Below are positions 40,061 through 52,727 of a DNA stretch of 64,000 bases, piece after piece; position 1 is the first letter of the stretch; every line of letters begins with the position of its first letter. The notes beneath the pieces are model-generated. The model was given only the letters and a program-made list of their open reading frames with translations, did no database searches and was not told the origin of the DNA. Location: contig OZ024741.1 of assembly GCA_964016885.1 (NCBI GenBank), positions 371,442,001 to 371,506,000 on the forward strand. Reading direction: 5' to 3'. Source of the DNA: Eledone cirrhosa (taxonomy: Eukaryota). A program made the translations under genes and the position numbers.

Positions 40061-41189
40061 AGGTATGGGCCTCCGTCGGTTTCGACGATAAGTGTTCCAG
40101 TTATTCAATCAATAGAACGATCTGCTCGTGAAATTAAAATGTAAGTGGTTGAGCATTCCATAAACACGTGTACCCTTAATGTAATTCTCGGGGAGAGTCA
40201 TCATGACACATAATGTGACAAATAATGTGACAAATCTGGCCCTTTTAATTACAGGTGCAATCCATCCAACGAACTTCAAAAAAGTTTCCATCTACTGAAT
40301 TTTATTTACAAGGCATGGGCCGATCCGAGGCTATGGTAAATGACATTTCCCCAAGATGGGCACTGTGATGTCGAACTCGTGACCTAATGATTGCGAAGCG
40401 AACTTCTTAACCATTGGCTCAAGCTGCGTCCACACTGTCTGCTAAAGAGCCGGCCGACTGGTTGCCATGAAAGCGTTCGCCAACTCACTGCAGCCCCAGG
40501 CCCACACATGTGCCGTCTCCTCACTCTCCCTTTCTGCCACCATTACTGTGGTTTCGACACTTTGGACTAGATTATAAAAAGAAAAAGGAAAAAGAAACAA
40601 TCTTTTATCTCAATAGTTATTTCCCATTATCTTTTTGATTATTATATACATGGTGGTTCCTCCGTCGATTTCGACGATAATCCTTCACTTGCTCAATCAA
40701 CTGAACATCCAGATTGTGAATTATTACATAAGGGGTTCAGTTTATCGCAAACACGGGTAATTCACAATCCCGAATCATGGGGACACAATATGTGACAAGG
40801 ATCTTTGAATTACTGATATAATCAAATCAACGGGCTTCTCCACAGTTTCCATCTCACCAATTTCACATACAAGGTTTGAGACGACCCGAGGCTACGGTAA
40901 AGATGTCATCCATCCATGCATGCACATCTCCTCTCTCCAGAACGCAAATGACCGAACCATGTACACCCAATGCATCACATCCACGGCTCTAACAATTCAA
41001 CCAATCCAACTTACTGGACTGATACTCTATTCATCAGCCCCGAAAAATTGGAAGGAAAATTTGACATCGGTGGTATTTGAACTTAGAGCAGAGAGAGCTA
41101 AAACAAACATCACAAAGTATTTTATCCGACGCTAGTTAGCTGCCTTTATACACAAGCATGCACGCAAAATAGATCAAATGTAGATTACC

Positions 41190-41306
<117 letters not shown>

Positions 41307-41926
41307 CATACATATATAAATATAGATTGAACCTAATATAACCTATAAAATTGCCTTCTGTGTTTGTTTGTTCCATTTATTAACTATATATATATATATA
41401 TATATGTATATAGCTTTCTTTCGTTCTCTTCTCTATTTCTTTCTCCCATTATCATTCTTTCTCTCTCTCTCCCTCCCTCTTTCTTTTACTCTCATACTTT
41501 CGCCTCTCATTCTCTCTCTTATAAAGAAGAGATACACAAGAAATTCACCTGCAAACTCTTAAAGGATTGGCACTAATTGAAAACCATACGAATTATCTGA
41601 TTGGACGTCACATTACATAGCAAAACATACCATCATCAGCATTGGTAATACAGAAGGAAATTCTCGCTGCAACATAACAGTGTACAAGCAACTTCAGCTG
41701 TTAAACATTCATTGAAAACACGTCTGCTAAACAGAATAAGTGTGAGAAATGTTCTCGTTATGAATTTATTGTGTTTTAATCCCAGATGAATCAACCGAAT
41801 ACTATCATAGAACAAAGAGATTGTAAGAAAATTAACAACAGATGTCTACCATGTCAACATCCAGGAAGAAGAAGAAGAAAATATAGTATGAAATGATAGA
41901 AAGATATACACACAGAAACATACACA

Positions 41927-41965
<39 letters not shown>

Positions 41966-42020
41966 GTACACACACATGTACATATACATATACACATCCA
42001 TATAGATATGTATATAAGCC

Positions 42021-42132
<112 letters not shown>

Positions 42133-42463
42133 AAAAAGTATAACCCCGACGGCAGAGCTCAAGCCGTTTCGACGGCTATTCCTGGACTCAAGAACTGAGT
42201 CCAGAAATAGCCGTCGAAACGGCTTGAGCTTTGTCGTCGGGGTCATACTTTTTCCTATTACCCACTCTACTACCCTAAGTATTGAGTACTCTGGTGCGTC
42301 ATGGTCCATCTGGTTCCTTACCACATTTCCTTTGTTATATATATATATATATTTATACAGATCCACAAGCTCAGGCAGTTTCGGGTAGTAACCTCTTTCG
42401 AAAGAGGGTGCTATCCGAAACCGCCCGAGCTCGCGACCGATCATCTACCTCACTTATATATAT

Positions 42464-42571
<108 letters not shown>

Positions 42572-43018
42572 GCGACTGTGCTGGCGGTGATCAGCGATCT
42601 TGTTGGTCTTTACATCAGGCGCAAAATGATAACCATTTTCATAGGATTAAGCAGAACTATAACCTTTTCTCATTACACAAGGTTGCCCCTCGAACCCCAG
42701 ATATATTTTGAAAAAAATCTCCATTAATTCTTATACAGCCTTTGCCTTACATATTAACATAAAAAAATCGATGCTTCATAAATATTGTTTATCTTTTACT
42801 TCAGATTATTAAAGAAATTTCTACAGTAGGGTATATGGAGTCATTGCTCTGTGGGATAACGTTAGCATGTACCAGATTATCAAAGAACATATGATTGACA
42901 CTCCACGGGTGCATACATTCTATCTCAACAACAAAATGCAAAATACTCGTATTTTAGCCTTACTGTTCCATAGATTAATCTGAGTTTCTCTGTGTGTGTG
43001 TGGTGTGTGTGTGTGTAT

Positions 43019-43093
<75 letters not shown>

Positions 43094-43211
43094 TGTGTGC
43101 GTGTGTGTGTGTGTGTGTGAGAGAAAATACTGAAAGCCAGATGTGATCGTTCTGGTTTTTTTCTTCGTTTATGTTAGTTTACATAAGCATGTACGAGCAA
43201 CTGTGTGCGCG

Positions 43212-43247
<36 letters not shown>

Positions 43248-43250
<3 letters not shown>

Positions 43251-43850
43251 TCAAACGCAATGAAAAAGATCTTGAAACTCTTATGGATAAAATTTCATTA
43301 GAATGTAACATGTCAGACATGTAACATGCTAGGCCTCACAATAAATCTTGATAATACTGTGGTTTTTTTATCAACCCTGTCATGGAAAGCATCTTGAGGA
43401 TACTAAAATAAGAGTATTTGGTAAAACGCGTGGGGGGAGGGGGATACGTTCTTTCCTTCATATATTTTGGCAGCATGTTGAACTGAGCAGCAAACCTTTA
43501 TGATGAAACTCCAGATAGCTTCCAGGAGCTATTGATACATTTTAAAAGATTACATGAAAATATCTATTTACAAAACATGAATTTTTATCCGAATTGGTTT
43601 ATATACATGTGTGAACACGGGTATTATATTCAAAACATGTGTCTTGAACAAGTTTTGCACATATCTTGGAAATAGTATGTGAGTTATGTTTAGATTTTTG
43701 TATTTAACAAATGTTGAAAGCATAGAAGCCCTCTTGAAACACTGTAGACTGAATTGGGTGGGCCATATAGCTTTTATGGAAAATGAAAGAATTCCAAAGT
43801 GTTTACTCTGAAGAGAACTATATTCTGGGAAAAGTTTCACCTATAAACTG
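43248..43850 (+). pseudogene. Decayed RTE reverse transcriptase and C-terminus
   Basis: LETLMDKISLEC..LGLTINL, FIYFGS, SIEALLKHCRLNWVGHIAFMENERIPKCLL*REL. Confidence 0.8.
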
Positions 43851-44009
43851 AAGCTACGAAATAATGATTCCCTCGAACCTAATCGAAAAAACGTTGAGAA
43901 AAAGAAACGTAATTGTGAGTGCATCATAGAAAAATATATGATCAAGCATTTTGAAGAAAATCCTATTAGGTAAGAAAAATTGAAACGAAATGCATGAAAA
44001 GAGATAAAA

Positions 44010-46060
44010 AGTATTAACCTTTCAGGTGAGGATATTTACAACATATTTAAACTATATACAATGTCAAAAGATATACCTCTGCAAAAGCTATCTGCGATCT
44101 TCACTGGTTGGTAGTATCAAAGAAAATTAATTCAAAATCACCAACTTTTGAAAGCTTTGTTAAAAAATACTGGAAATAAACAATCTAATCTCATCTTACA
44201 TACAGGCACGGGTCCACTGTCAGGATTTGGTGCTTGGGAGCGCTTCAGAACATTTTGGGTGGTCACTCCTACACAAGGAACGTATTTCTTCTTCTTCTTC
44301 TTCTTCTTCTTCTTCTTCTTCTTCTTCTTCTTCTTCTTCTTCTTCTTCTTCTTCTTCTTCTTCTTCTTCTTCTTCACCCACTTATTCCTCAAATCCTCCT
44401 TCCAGCAGGTCCTGTCAGAAGCAACCGTCTCAAACTTATCCGGCTGGATCCCCATGCGTAAACAGCCAAGCTCATGGATGTTATCCAACCATCTTGTTCG
44501 GAGTCTACCCTTGGGTCTCCTGCCGGTTGGTTTTGCCCATAAAATCTGTCCAGCGATTCTTTCCTGAAATATTCTAACCATATGTCCTAATATCGGAGCT
44601 GTAATCTCCCAATTCGGAGAAGTAGCGGCTCTACCTGGAGTGACTCTCTGATCTTCGAGCTACGCACTCTATCAGGTAACGTTACTCCAAACACCGTCCG
44701 GAGGAACCCTATTTCGGCAGCTTGTATTCGCGATCATTTGCCATTCGAGCTCTACTAAACAAGAATATACATCTTGGCAATACTCCCATGATTTCTCTGC
44801 TGTCCTATGAATATTTGGTCGGCTGTGCTACGTCTGGGGCGAAAACCACTCTGTTCATCATCTAACTTCGACTCAACAATCTGCCTACAAGTCTTTGCCA
44901 GACACTTAGCATAGACTTTACCGGGGAGGCTTAACAAGGAGATCCCTCTGTAATTGGAACAATCTCCCTTGTCTCCCTTTTTGAAAATTGTTATTATCAC
45001 TCCTGATCAACATTGCTTAGATGACTTTCCAGAGATCCATACCACACGAGTCAGCCAGAGAATACCTTCTCTATTTAAGACTTTTAACATCTCAGACTGG
45101 ATTTCATCTTCTCCAACGGCCTTGCCACATTTGAGCTCTGTAACTGCTCTTGTGACCTTAGCCTTTGAGAGATTAGTCACCGCTCTCAGATGCACCTCAT
45201 GTACATCAGAAGCTGCTGTTGTGATCGGGTTGAGGAGATCACCTCGCGAGGATGCACCTCTCTGAAGAGAGGAGAACCCCAGATGCGTTCCTGATAGCAA
45301 GTGTGGAGGACTTTTTATTACGCAGTCGGCGGATGGTCTGCCAGAACACTTTATTTGCGGATTCTAACTTAACCCCAAAGACCTACCATGTCTTAACTTT
45401 CGACGCTTTTACTGTCTCTGCTGCAATTCTACCAGTCTACATGTACGATGACTAAAAAAAAGCGAAATCCTTACAAAATTTTAAAGTTTAATTATATGAA
45501 ATATCAGTTTACTAACTGACTCTTGCTGGTTGGCATATTTGAGTTTTCTCTCAGACTTCACAGCCATTTTAATTCATTACACGTAGAGCTTTTGAAAAAG
45601 AAAACATGTATCTGTAATGTTAAGCTCTAGAAAAGTATCTAAATTAAAACTGCCTTTGTGTTTTTTTCGACTGAAGATGAAGTCTCTCACACAATTTCCT
45701 AATAAGAATGAATTAATAGATGAACGTGACTTTAAACCATCATCATTTGATATTCACCTTCATAGGCCTCAAAGGTGTTTGAAAAGAGATTTGAAAGTGT
45801 TAATATCACAGAGACAATAGTGAATTCTTTTACATGTTACATAAATGTAACAGATCTAGCTGCACCCACAGGAAGACATATTCAAGTAATAATAGAAGAT
45901 CTGCAACTTGAGATTTCGAGCATCAAGGAGGACTTTATATTAAAATCATTTGTTTGTAGATAATAACTTTAGGAATTGGATGTTAAACAAAGATTTACAT
46001 TCCTAAAAAGTACAGTATATATACAGAAACCGCTTACCTTTGTAAATCGATGATTTTAAC
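44010..46060 (+). pseudogene. Decayed hAT (Charlie/GTF2IRD2-like) transposase split by an RTE insertion
   Basis: GEDIYNIF...KLSAIFT, NHQLLKALL...LILHT | VR*L, DSCWLAYLSFLSDFT, FEKRF, LQLEI, TAYLC. Confidence 0.7.
44287..45435 (-). mobile_element. Internally deleted RTE LINE with (GAA)n tail
   Basis: KCGKAVGEDEIQSEMLK, IFKKGDKGDCSNYRGISLLSLPGKVYAK, EQSGFRPRRSTADQIF, GRRPKGRLRTRWLD. Confidence 0.9.
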
Positions 46061-46561
46061 TATTAGTATTATAAAATCGAAATGTAGTTCTAGACTTACC
46101 ACAGATATTTTGTTTATGAATAGTAACATCACCATACAAGCCTAGCTATCAGGAATTGGCCTGATATACCAGCTATAACAAGAATATCAGCCATACAAGG
46201 TATATGAGCTACACCCGAGATACCATCCATAACAGATATATCCGACTACCTTATTCAAAAATGTACTCCCAATTTTTAAGACAAGAGAGTATTGGCTGTT
46301 ATTTCTAGCATACATATGTTAGCTGATTCGTTCATGTTAGCTGATTCGTGCATACGAATGTTAGCTGATTCGTTCATTTTAGCGTCAGAAACACTTAAAC
46401 TGGATTAGATGTTGAACTCATTAAGCCATAGTTTGTAACTTAAACCGAGCGACCAGTTTGACTCTGTATAAGGATTCCCGAAGAAAAACATGCACATGGT
46501 TAAAAAAGCAAGATATCACTTGGTGCAGTCTAACTATCTATCTAACATTCGTATGCACCCT

Positions 46562-46611
<50 letters not shown>

Positions 46612-46963
46612 TATATATTATATATTTATAATATATAAATATATGATATATATATAATATAAATATATAAACATTCCCACCTGGTGCTCTTTATTTCTTC
46701 ATCGTCTCTATTTCCTGTTTGTCTACGCACGCTCACATTTAATGTACACAGCAATATTATTTGAATAATTATATCTCATTAACGATATATATAAGTCTTT
46801 ACCTCTTCCCCAACATCCAGCTGATTTCTAGTGAATTTTATCACATTAGCTCCAGAAAGGTTTTGAATTTTAGTCAAGTTTAGCTTCATCTCCATTCGTA
46901 TGGGTTCGTAATATATGGTGGAGTTATAGGGGTGCAGCGTGTCTCGCTCTCTTGTATATATAT

Positions 46964-47027
<64 letters not shown>

Positions 47028-47821
47028 ATTGACAACAGTACTGGACCCGTACTTTCGTTTCAGCCTCGAAAGGATAAAAGGCAAAGTTGACTTCAGTGAT
47101 TTTGAACCCAGAGCACAGAGTGCCAGAACGAATACCGCAAAGTATTATATTCCAAGTTCTAACGACTCTTCCAGTTTGTCGTAATCACATTACATACAGC
47201 AAACATGTCTGGAAAATTGTCATTTGAGATGGAGAAATATGTTGTGTACTACTATACACCTCCCTAAATTCTACTAACCACACCGATTTAGGTGCACGGA
47301 AATAAATATAAAACATATATAAACCCTGCCTCAGGGATGGCGAGCCAGGATCTAGCTACCGTGAGAAAGTAGGTGTTTATTCAATACTAATTAAAACAAA
47401 ATAATTCTATTACAGCTTTCTGTTTCTTCTTATATCACGTGACAAACGCTAACAAGGAAATTAATGTCCTGGGGTAAAAAAAAAGAGTTGTTGACCGGAA
47501 GAGGAATTTGACTAGCGATTTAACGACAGGAAGTAGAGCAAGCTGTCTAAGTAACTGCAATAGCACTCCCTCAATAATACGTTCTGACGTACAAATAAAG
47601 AAAAAGAAGAAGTAGTGAAAGCTCACTGTCATCCATCTTTTTCTTCCTGCCATCAGTTAACAGGAAGTTAAAATCCCCTAGAATCTTAAGGCGTTATCCA
47701 AATGAACTTTATAAACAAAATGTCATAGCAACAATCTATATATTGGCAAAGTTTCGTCACGATTTCGTTGTGGTCATAGGGAAATGGATATGATTTGAAA
47801 TACCACTTTAGCTGTCAATTG

Positions 47822-47878
<57 letters not shown>

Positions 47879-47936
47879 TATATATGTATGTATATATATA
47901 TATATATATATATCTTGAGACTAGTAAAATGAGGTA

Positions 47937-48024
47937 TCCTCTTGATAAGTCGGCAGACCTCGCAAGGACTCTATATCTTTGATATATTGTTTTTGTTTAT
48001 GCCACGAAACTACGTAGTCGAGGA
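47937..48024 (+). ncRNA. Hammerhead ribozyme, U3:A8 variant, with large loop II
   Basis: tcctc-TTGATAA-gtcggca...tgccac-GAAA-ctacgtag-TC-gagga. Confidence 0.7.
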
Positions 48025-48527
48025 ATTTAGGAACAGTTTAGGTATGATACATTTTATTACTAATTATATCTAAATGTTTCTTCTCTCTTCATAATGTATT
48101 TTTAACTCTGATACTGGTTCAGTCTGGTTCAAACTGAATTGGTCTGTCCCAGTCATTCATTGAGCAACATCGGTGAAGTTGGCACCCTTAACTCACAGTT
48201 GGGTGCGGATGCATTCATGTATATATGTGTGTGTCCGCATGTATCTGTGTGTTTCTAAATATATTAATAACTCCCTCTGGTCGAGCAATCTTTGAAGTGT
48301 GGGGACAACTGGAAAGCTTCCATTACTCATACTTCTCGCCTTCTTCACTACCTCTTCTACGGCCTCGATATGAATACCCCCTCCGCCTCCGTGGTATTTT
48401 CTTCGTGGTTATAAGAGGCTTAGCTCTGTTTCTCGACCGTTATATCGCGTGACTATCTCCCCCTCCGCCTTTTGGGATTCTTTCTCACGTCGTGTAGACG
48501 CGTTCTTGAGACTAGTAAAATGAGGTA

Positions 48528-48615
48528 TCCTCTTGATAAGTCGGCAGACCTCGCAAGGACTCTATATCTTTGATATATTGTTTTTGTTTATGCCACGAAA
48601 CTACGTAGTCGAGGA
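48528..48615 (+). ncRNA. Second, apparently identical hammerhead ribozyme copy
   Basis: Same sequence at +591. Confidence 0.7.
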
Positions 48616-48846
48616 ATTTAGGAACAGTTTAGGTATGATACATTTTATTACTAATTATATCTAAATGTTTCTTCTCTCTTCATAATGTATTTTTAACTCT
48701 GATACTGGTTCAGTCTGGTTCAAACTGAATTGGTCTGTCCCAGTCATTCATTGAGCAACATCGGTGAAGTTGGCACCCTTAACTCACAGTTGGGTGCGGA
48801 TGCATTCATGTATATATGTGTGTGTCCGCATGTATCTGTGTGTTTC

Positions 48847-48971
<125 letters not shown>

Positions 48972-49581
48972 TTAAATAAATGGAATAGATTTCGAATCCA
49001 TTTTTTCGGCGTTAACGGCGCTGTATATACTAGATATTGGTTGGCTGTGGTCCTGTATAAACATTTAATTGAACCCTAACACCCAGTTGGTGAGAGGTCA
49101 TTCTCGGCTATTTTGTCTCTTCTTCAAATTCATTTCTTACCCCTCATTTTATTAATTAACAACGATGCTGTTCTTGCATAGTTCTTTCCATGGGCCTAAA
49201 TCTTAGATTGAATTGTAGGGGTGCCGTCATGGGTTATTTTAACCTGGCAAAGCCTGTTTCTCTTTATATTTGTGTACAGCCGATTATTTCCAGGGAATGA
49301 GAAAGGGAAAACAGTGAGGGAGAGAGAGGAAGAATGGACACGAGTAGCTTACTGGTACTTTTTTTGTTTTCGAAAGAATGAAAGGTGAAATTGACATCAT
49401 TGGTATTTGAACTCGGATCACAGAGACCTGAACCAAGTACAGCGAAACATTATATCCGACGTTCTGACGCCTCTGTCAATTCGCTGCTTCATTACCTTTA
49501 CTTCCGTAGGTAAACTATTTTTATTAGGTTACATTCCAGAGTCAACCATAATAATACGTGATGTGTGTTCGTTTACACACT

Positions 49582-49642
<61 letters not shown>

Positions 49643-49657
49643 ATATATATATATGTA

Positions 49658-49976
49658 TAGTGGAACCTCGGCTTACGAACATGATTCGTTCCTGAAGGCC
49701 GTTCGTCACCCAAAAAATTCGTAACCCGAAACTTTTTTTTCTCATACGAAGTATTGAGAGAGAAATGCAGTGAGAGAGAGAGCGAGACTGTGTGTGAAAG
49801 ACAGATAGATTGTACCTAACTACACATCAAGTGACGCTTTCCCGACGATACTCCAATTTTGTTGCCAACTGTTGTTAGTCGAGACACCATTCGTGAACTG
49901 AGACGAGTTATGTTCAGAAAAATTGTTTGTGAACCGATTTGTTCGTGATGTGAGCCGTTCGTGAGCTGAGGTTTCA

Positions 49977-49979
<3 letters not shown>
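49658..49979. mobile_element. pogo/Tigger-type MITE
   Basis: TIR (C)AGTGGAACCTCGGCTTACGAAC / GTTCGTGAGCTGAGGTTTCACTG, TA flanks. Confidence 0.85.
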
Positions 49980-50017
<38 letters not shown>

Positions 50018-50344
50018 TGTAACTTAAAAATTTACACTCAAAAACATACACGCACGTACACAATGCATTTCCAATACCAGTCATCTTGCTACAATAAGTT
50101 CGCTTTCCAAACTCATCTTTTTTATCTTCAATCACCTCCACGTGTCAGTAATCAATATAAACTATAAGGTTTCTCTTATGCAAACTTTAAGTTTATCAAA
50201 ATGCATATTCCCCAGTTTATATGAGCGTTTATATATCCAGTAATCCCTCTATATACGGTATACGAACCCTGGACTCTAAAAATCAAATACGTTCAACGCT
50301 ATTGCCGCCATTACTGACGCCACAGGTCCACTAGTGCTGTAGAA

Positions 50345-50763
50345 CAGTGCTACTCAAAGTGGTGGTCCGCGGACCGCTGCCGGTACGCGAGCCATCAGCT
50401 ACCGGTACGCGGCCAGTGTCCAGGCCATGCTAAGGAATCATTTGAGGAATTTTTTTATTACTTTTTTATGTTTTGATATTGTATTATTTGTTTACAAAGG
50501 TTAACTTTGCCTTTCATCCTTACGGGGTTCGATAAAATAAAGTACCAGTAATACACTGGGTAATTGCTGGCCTTGTGCCATAAGTAGAAACAATTATTTG
50601 TTTACAAAATAAATAGAAGATAAAAAAATGGTCAACTATTATTATATTCATTATATATATATCGTTTCCGGTATAAATTAATATTACTACGAAATATTAG
50701 CGGTACGTGGCACATTGAAAAAAAAATGCCGGTCCGCCACATCAGATAGTTTGAGAAGCACTT
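50345..50763. mobile_element. hAT MITE with a nested 5'-truncated SINE A (50499-50592)
   Basis: TIR CAGTGCTACTCAAA; perfect TSD CTGTAGAA; SINE TSD ATTATTTGTTTACAAA. Confidence 0.92.
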
Positions 50764-51934
50764 CTGTAGAAGATGCAATATGCTGATTAAACAAAATGTG
50801 AAATTAGTGAAGTGACACAGATTAGATATGAATGGTTTTCTATCCCCTTTGAACTTTACTATGTTTGGATGATAATGATAACCGGTGTAATGGAAGTAAT
50901 GAAATTGATGGTTGTACGTTTGGGCATCATATTCACGTTTTAATTCCATGCCCGATGCAATTTAGAGATAGACAAAGAAATGATGGACATGATAAGCTGT
51001 CAGTCAACTGTTATCGAAACCTACGATCGAATGAGAGGTCGCGAGCTGGCGGCACTGACCTTTATACCAGAAAAAGCTGTAGTTTCGTACAATAGATGCA
51101 TAGCCCTGTAACTCTTGAGGGAGTCGTAGGGGTGCCGTACTGACATACCACGTTTCTAGTGCATTTTTAAACCTGGTGGAGCCCATCTCTTCTTCAGGTC
51201 TGGATACAGCAGATTTCTTCCAGTGAAGGATAAAGTGAATGAGAGAATGGAAGTGAGAAAGAGATATAATGGAAGAACCTATATCAGTACTTGACTGGTA
51301 CTTTTTCATTAACCTCGAACAGATGAAAGGCAAAGTTGAGCTTGATGGGATTTGAACTCGGAGAGCAGAGAGCCTAAACGAATACCACAAATGCTTCTAT
51401 CCGACATTCTAACGACTCTGCCAATTCACCGCCTCGTTTCGTGCAATAACAACTGTCTCATGTAAGGTTTCGTTTCAAAATTATTGATTTGAATTTCAAA
51501 CAGAAATTCAAACAGACAGTCCGGATTGAACTTACGCTTGTTACAATCAATCATAACTGATTGATTGTTTATTGTAAATTGACTTTTAAAAAATAGGAAA
51601 ATGAGCCGGCGAAATATTCATCTGGGATGTATAAGGTTCTATATCAATCCCTGGCGGCGAATTTGCAGTCGATAGAACGTCATGTAGAATGTTTTATGGT
51701 ATTCATTCTGTTTCTCCGAGTTCAAATCCTGCTGAGGTCAACTTTGCCTTTCATCCTTTCATCCAATCAAGTACTGGTCAACTTAGCCTTTTATCCTCTC
51801 GTGGTCGATAAAAAGTACCAGTCTAGTATTGGGATCGATTCTTCCTCTGTATACCTTTCGCACTTCCTCCCTGTCATTTTCTATCCTTCGCTGGAAGAAA
51901 TTATCTGTACTCAGGTCTGGAGAAGGATGGACTT

Positions 51935-51965
<31 letters not shown>

Positions 51966-52194
51966 TGTTGTACTTCACTACAGCGCCTCTACGTCTCCAT
52001 CAGCAGTTACGGGACAATATCATACCATGACAATCCCTCGATTAGAGTTCACTTTTAGGGACTTTCAGTTTGTTTTTTCATTTCAGATTTTGTTTGTCCA
52101 CCCCACCCCACCTTCTTCTCAACAGCATTCAACAGAGTACAATATATCACTATTAAGCACACGACTAATGTTTACTGGGGTGGGTGTACGCTAA

Positions 52195-52331
52195 TGCAAT
52201 ATAAACAGCTGCCTATTAGATGAAACTTCAATCAGTAAACAGTTCGCGTCTGTGCCCTCCCTCTTTCTACTTTTTATCATCTCTAGCTACATTCCCTACT
52301 TCTAAGTGACTTACCAACAAGAATGGTAAGC
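52195..52331 (+). promoter_or_regulatory. Candidate TATA/Inr promoter and first exon ending ATG|GTAAG
   Basis: TATAAA at 52200, TTCAATCAGT at 52227-52236, CAAGAATG|GTAAGC at 52325, all in non-repeat sequence. Confidence 0.3.
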
Positions 52332-52727
52332 AGTTCTTGAGAAAGATTCCTGCAGTAATAATGCACTCACAGATGTTTTAAAGAAACAGCCAAAACATTA
52401 CTGGTCATGTAACTCAGCATGCAACCTAAGGGCTGTTTTCTTTAATGACTTAAGCGGCCAACTTTCTGGAACTTCAGGTAAGAGATATAATCAGCCAATC
52501 ATGAAGCTGGTATTATAAATGACTGAAGTGATTGTTTGTGGAGTACATTCTTTCTTTTAGTAAACTTACAGCTTCGGTGGGGTCCTTGCTAAAACAAATT
52601 GCAAGGTTATTAACTATCTTTATTAAGACAATCTCATGTTTCATAGCATTTTATTTGCCTCCACACGACGTTTGTTGTCTTTTCCAAATAGAAGATGACA
52701 AATCTTTGTAACACTGAAATGGTAATT

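Noticed and set aside
46030-46105. Minus-strand GTAAG splice donors
   Set aside because: At least the first falls within the hAT transposase remnant (TAYLC); no open exon found for either
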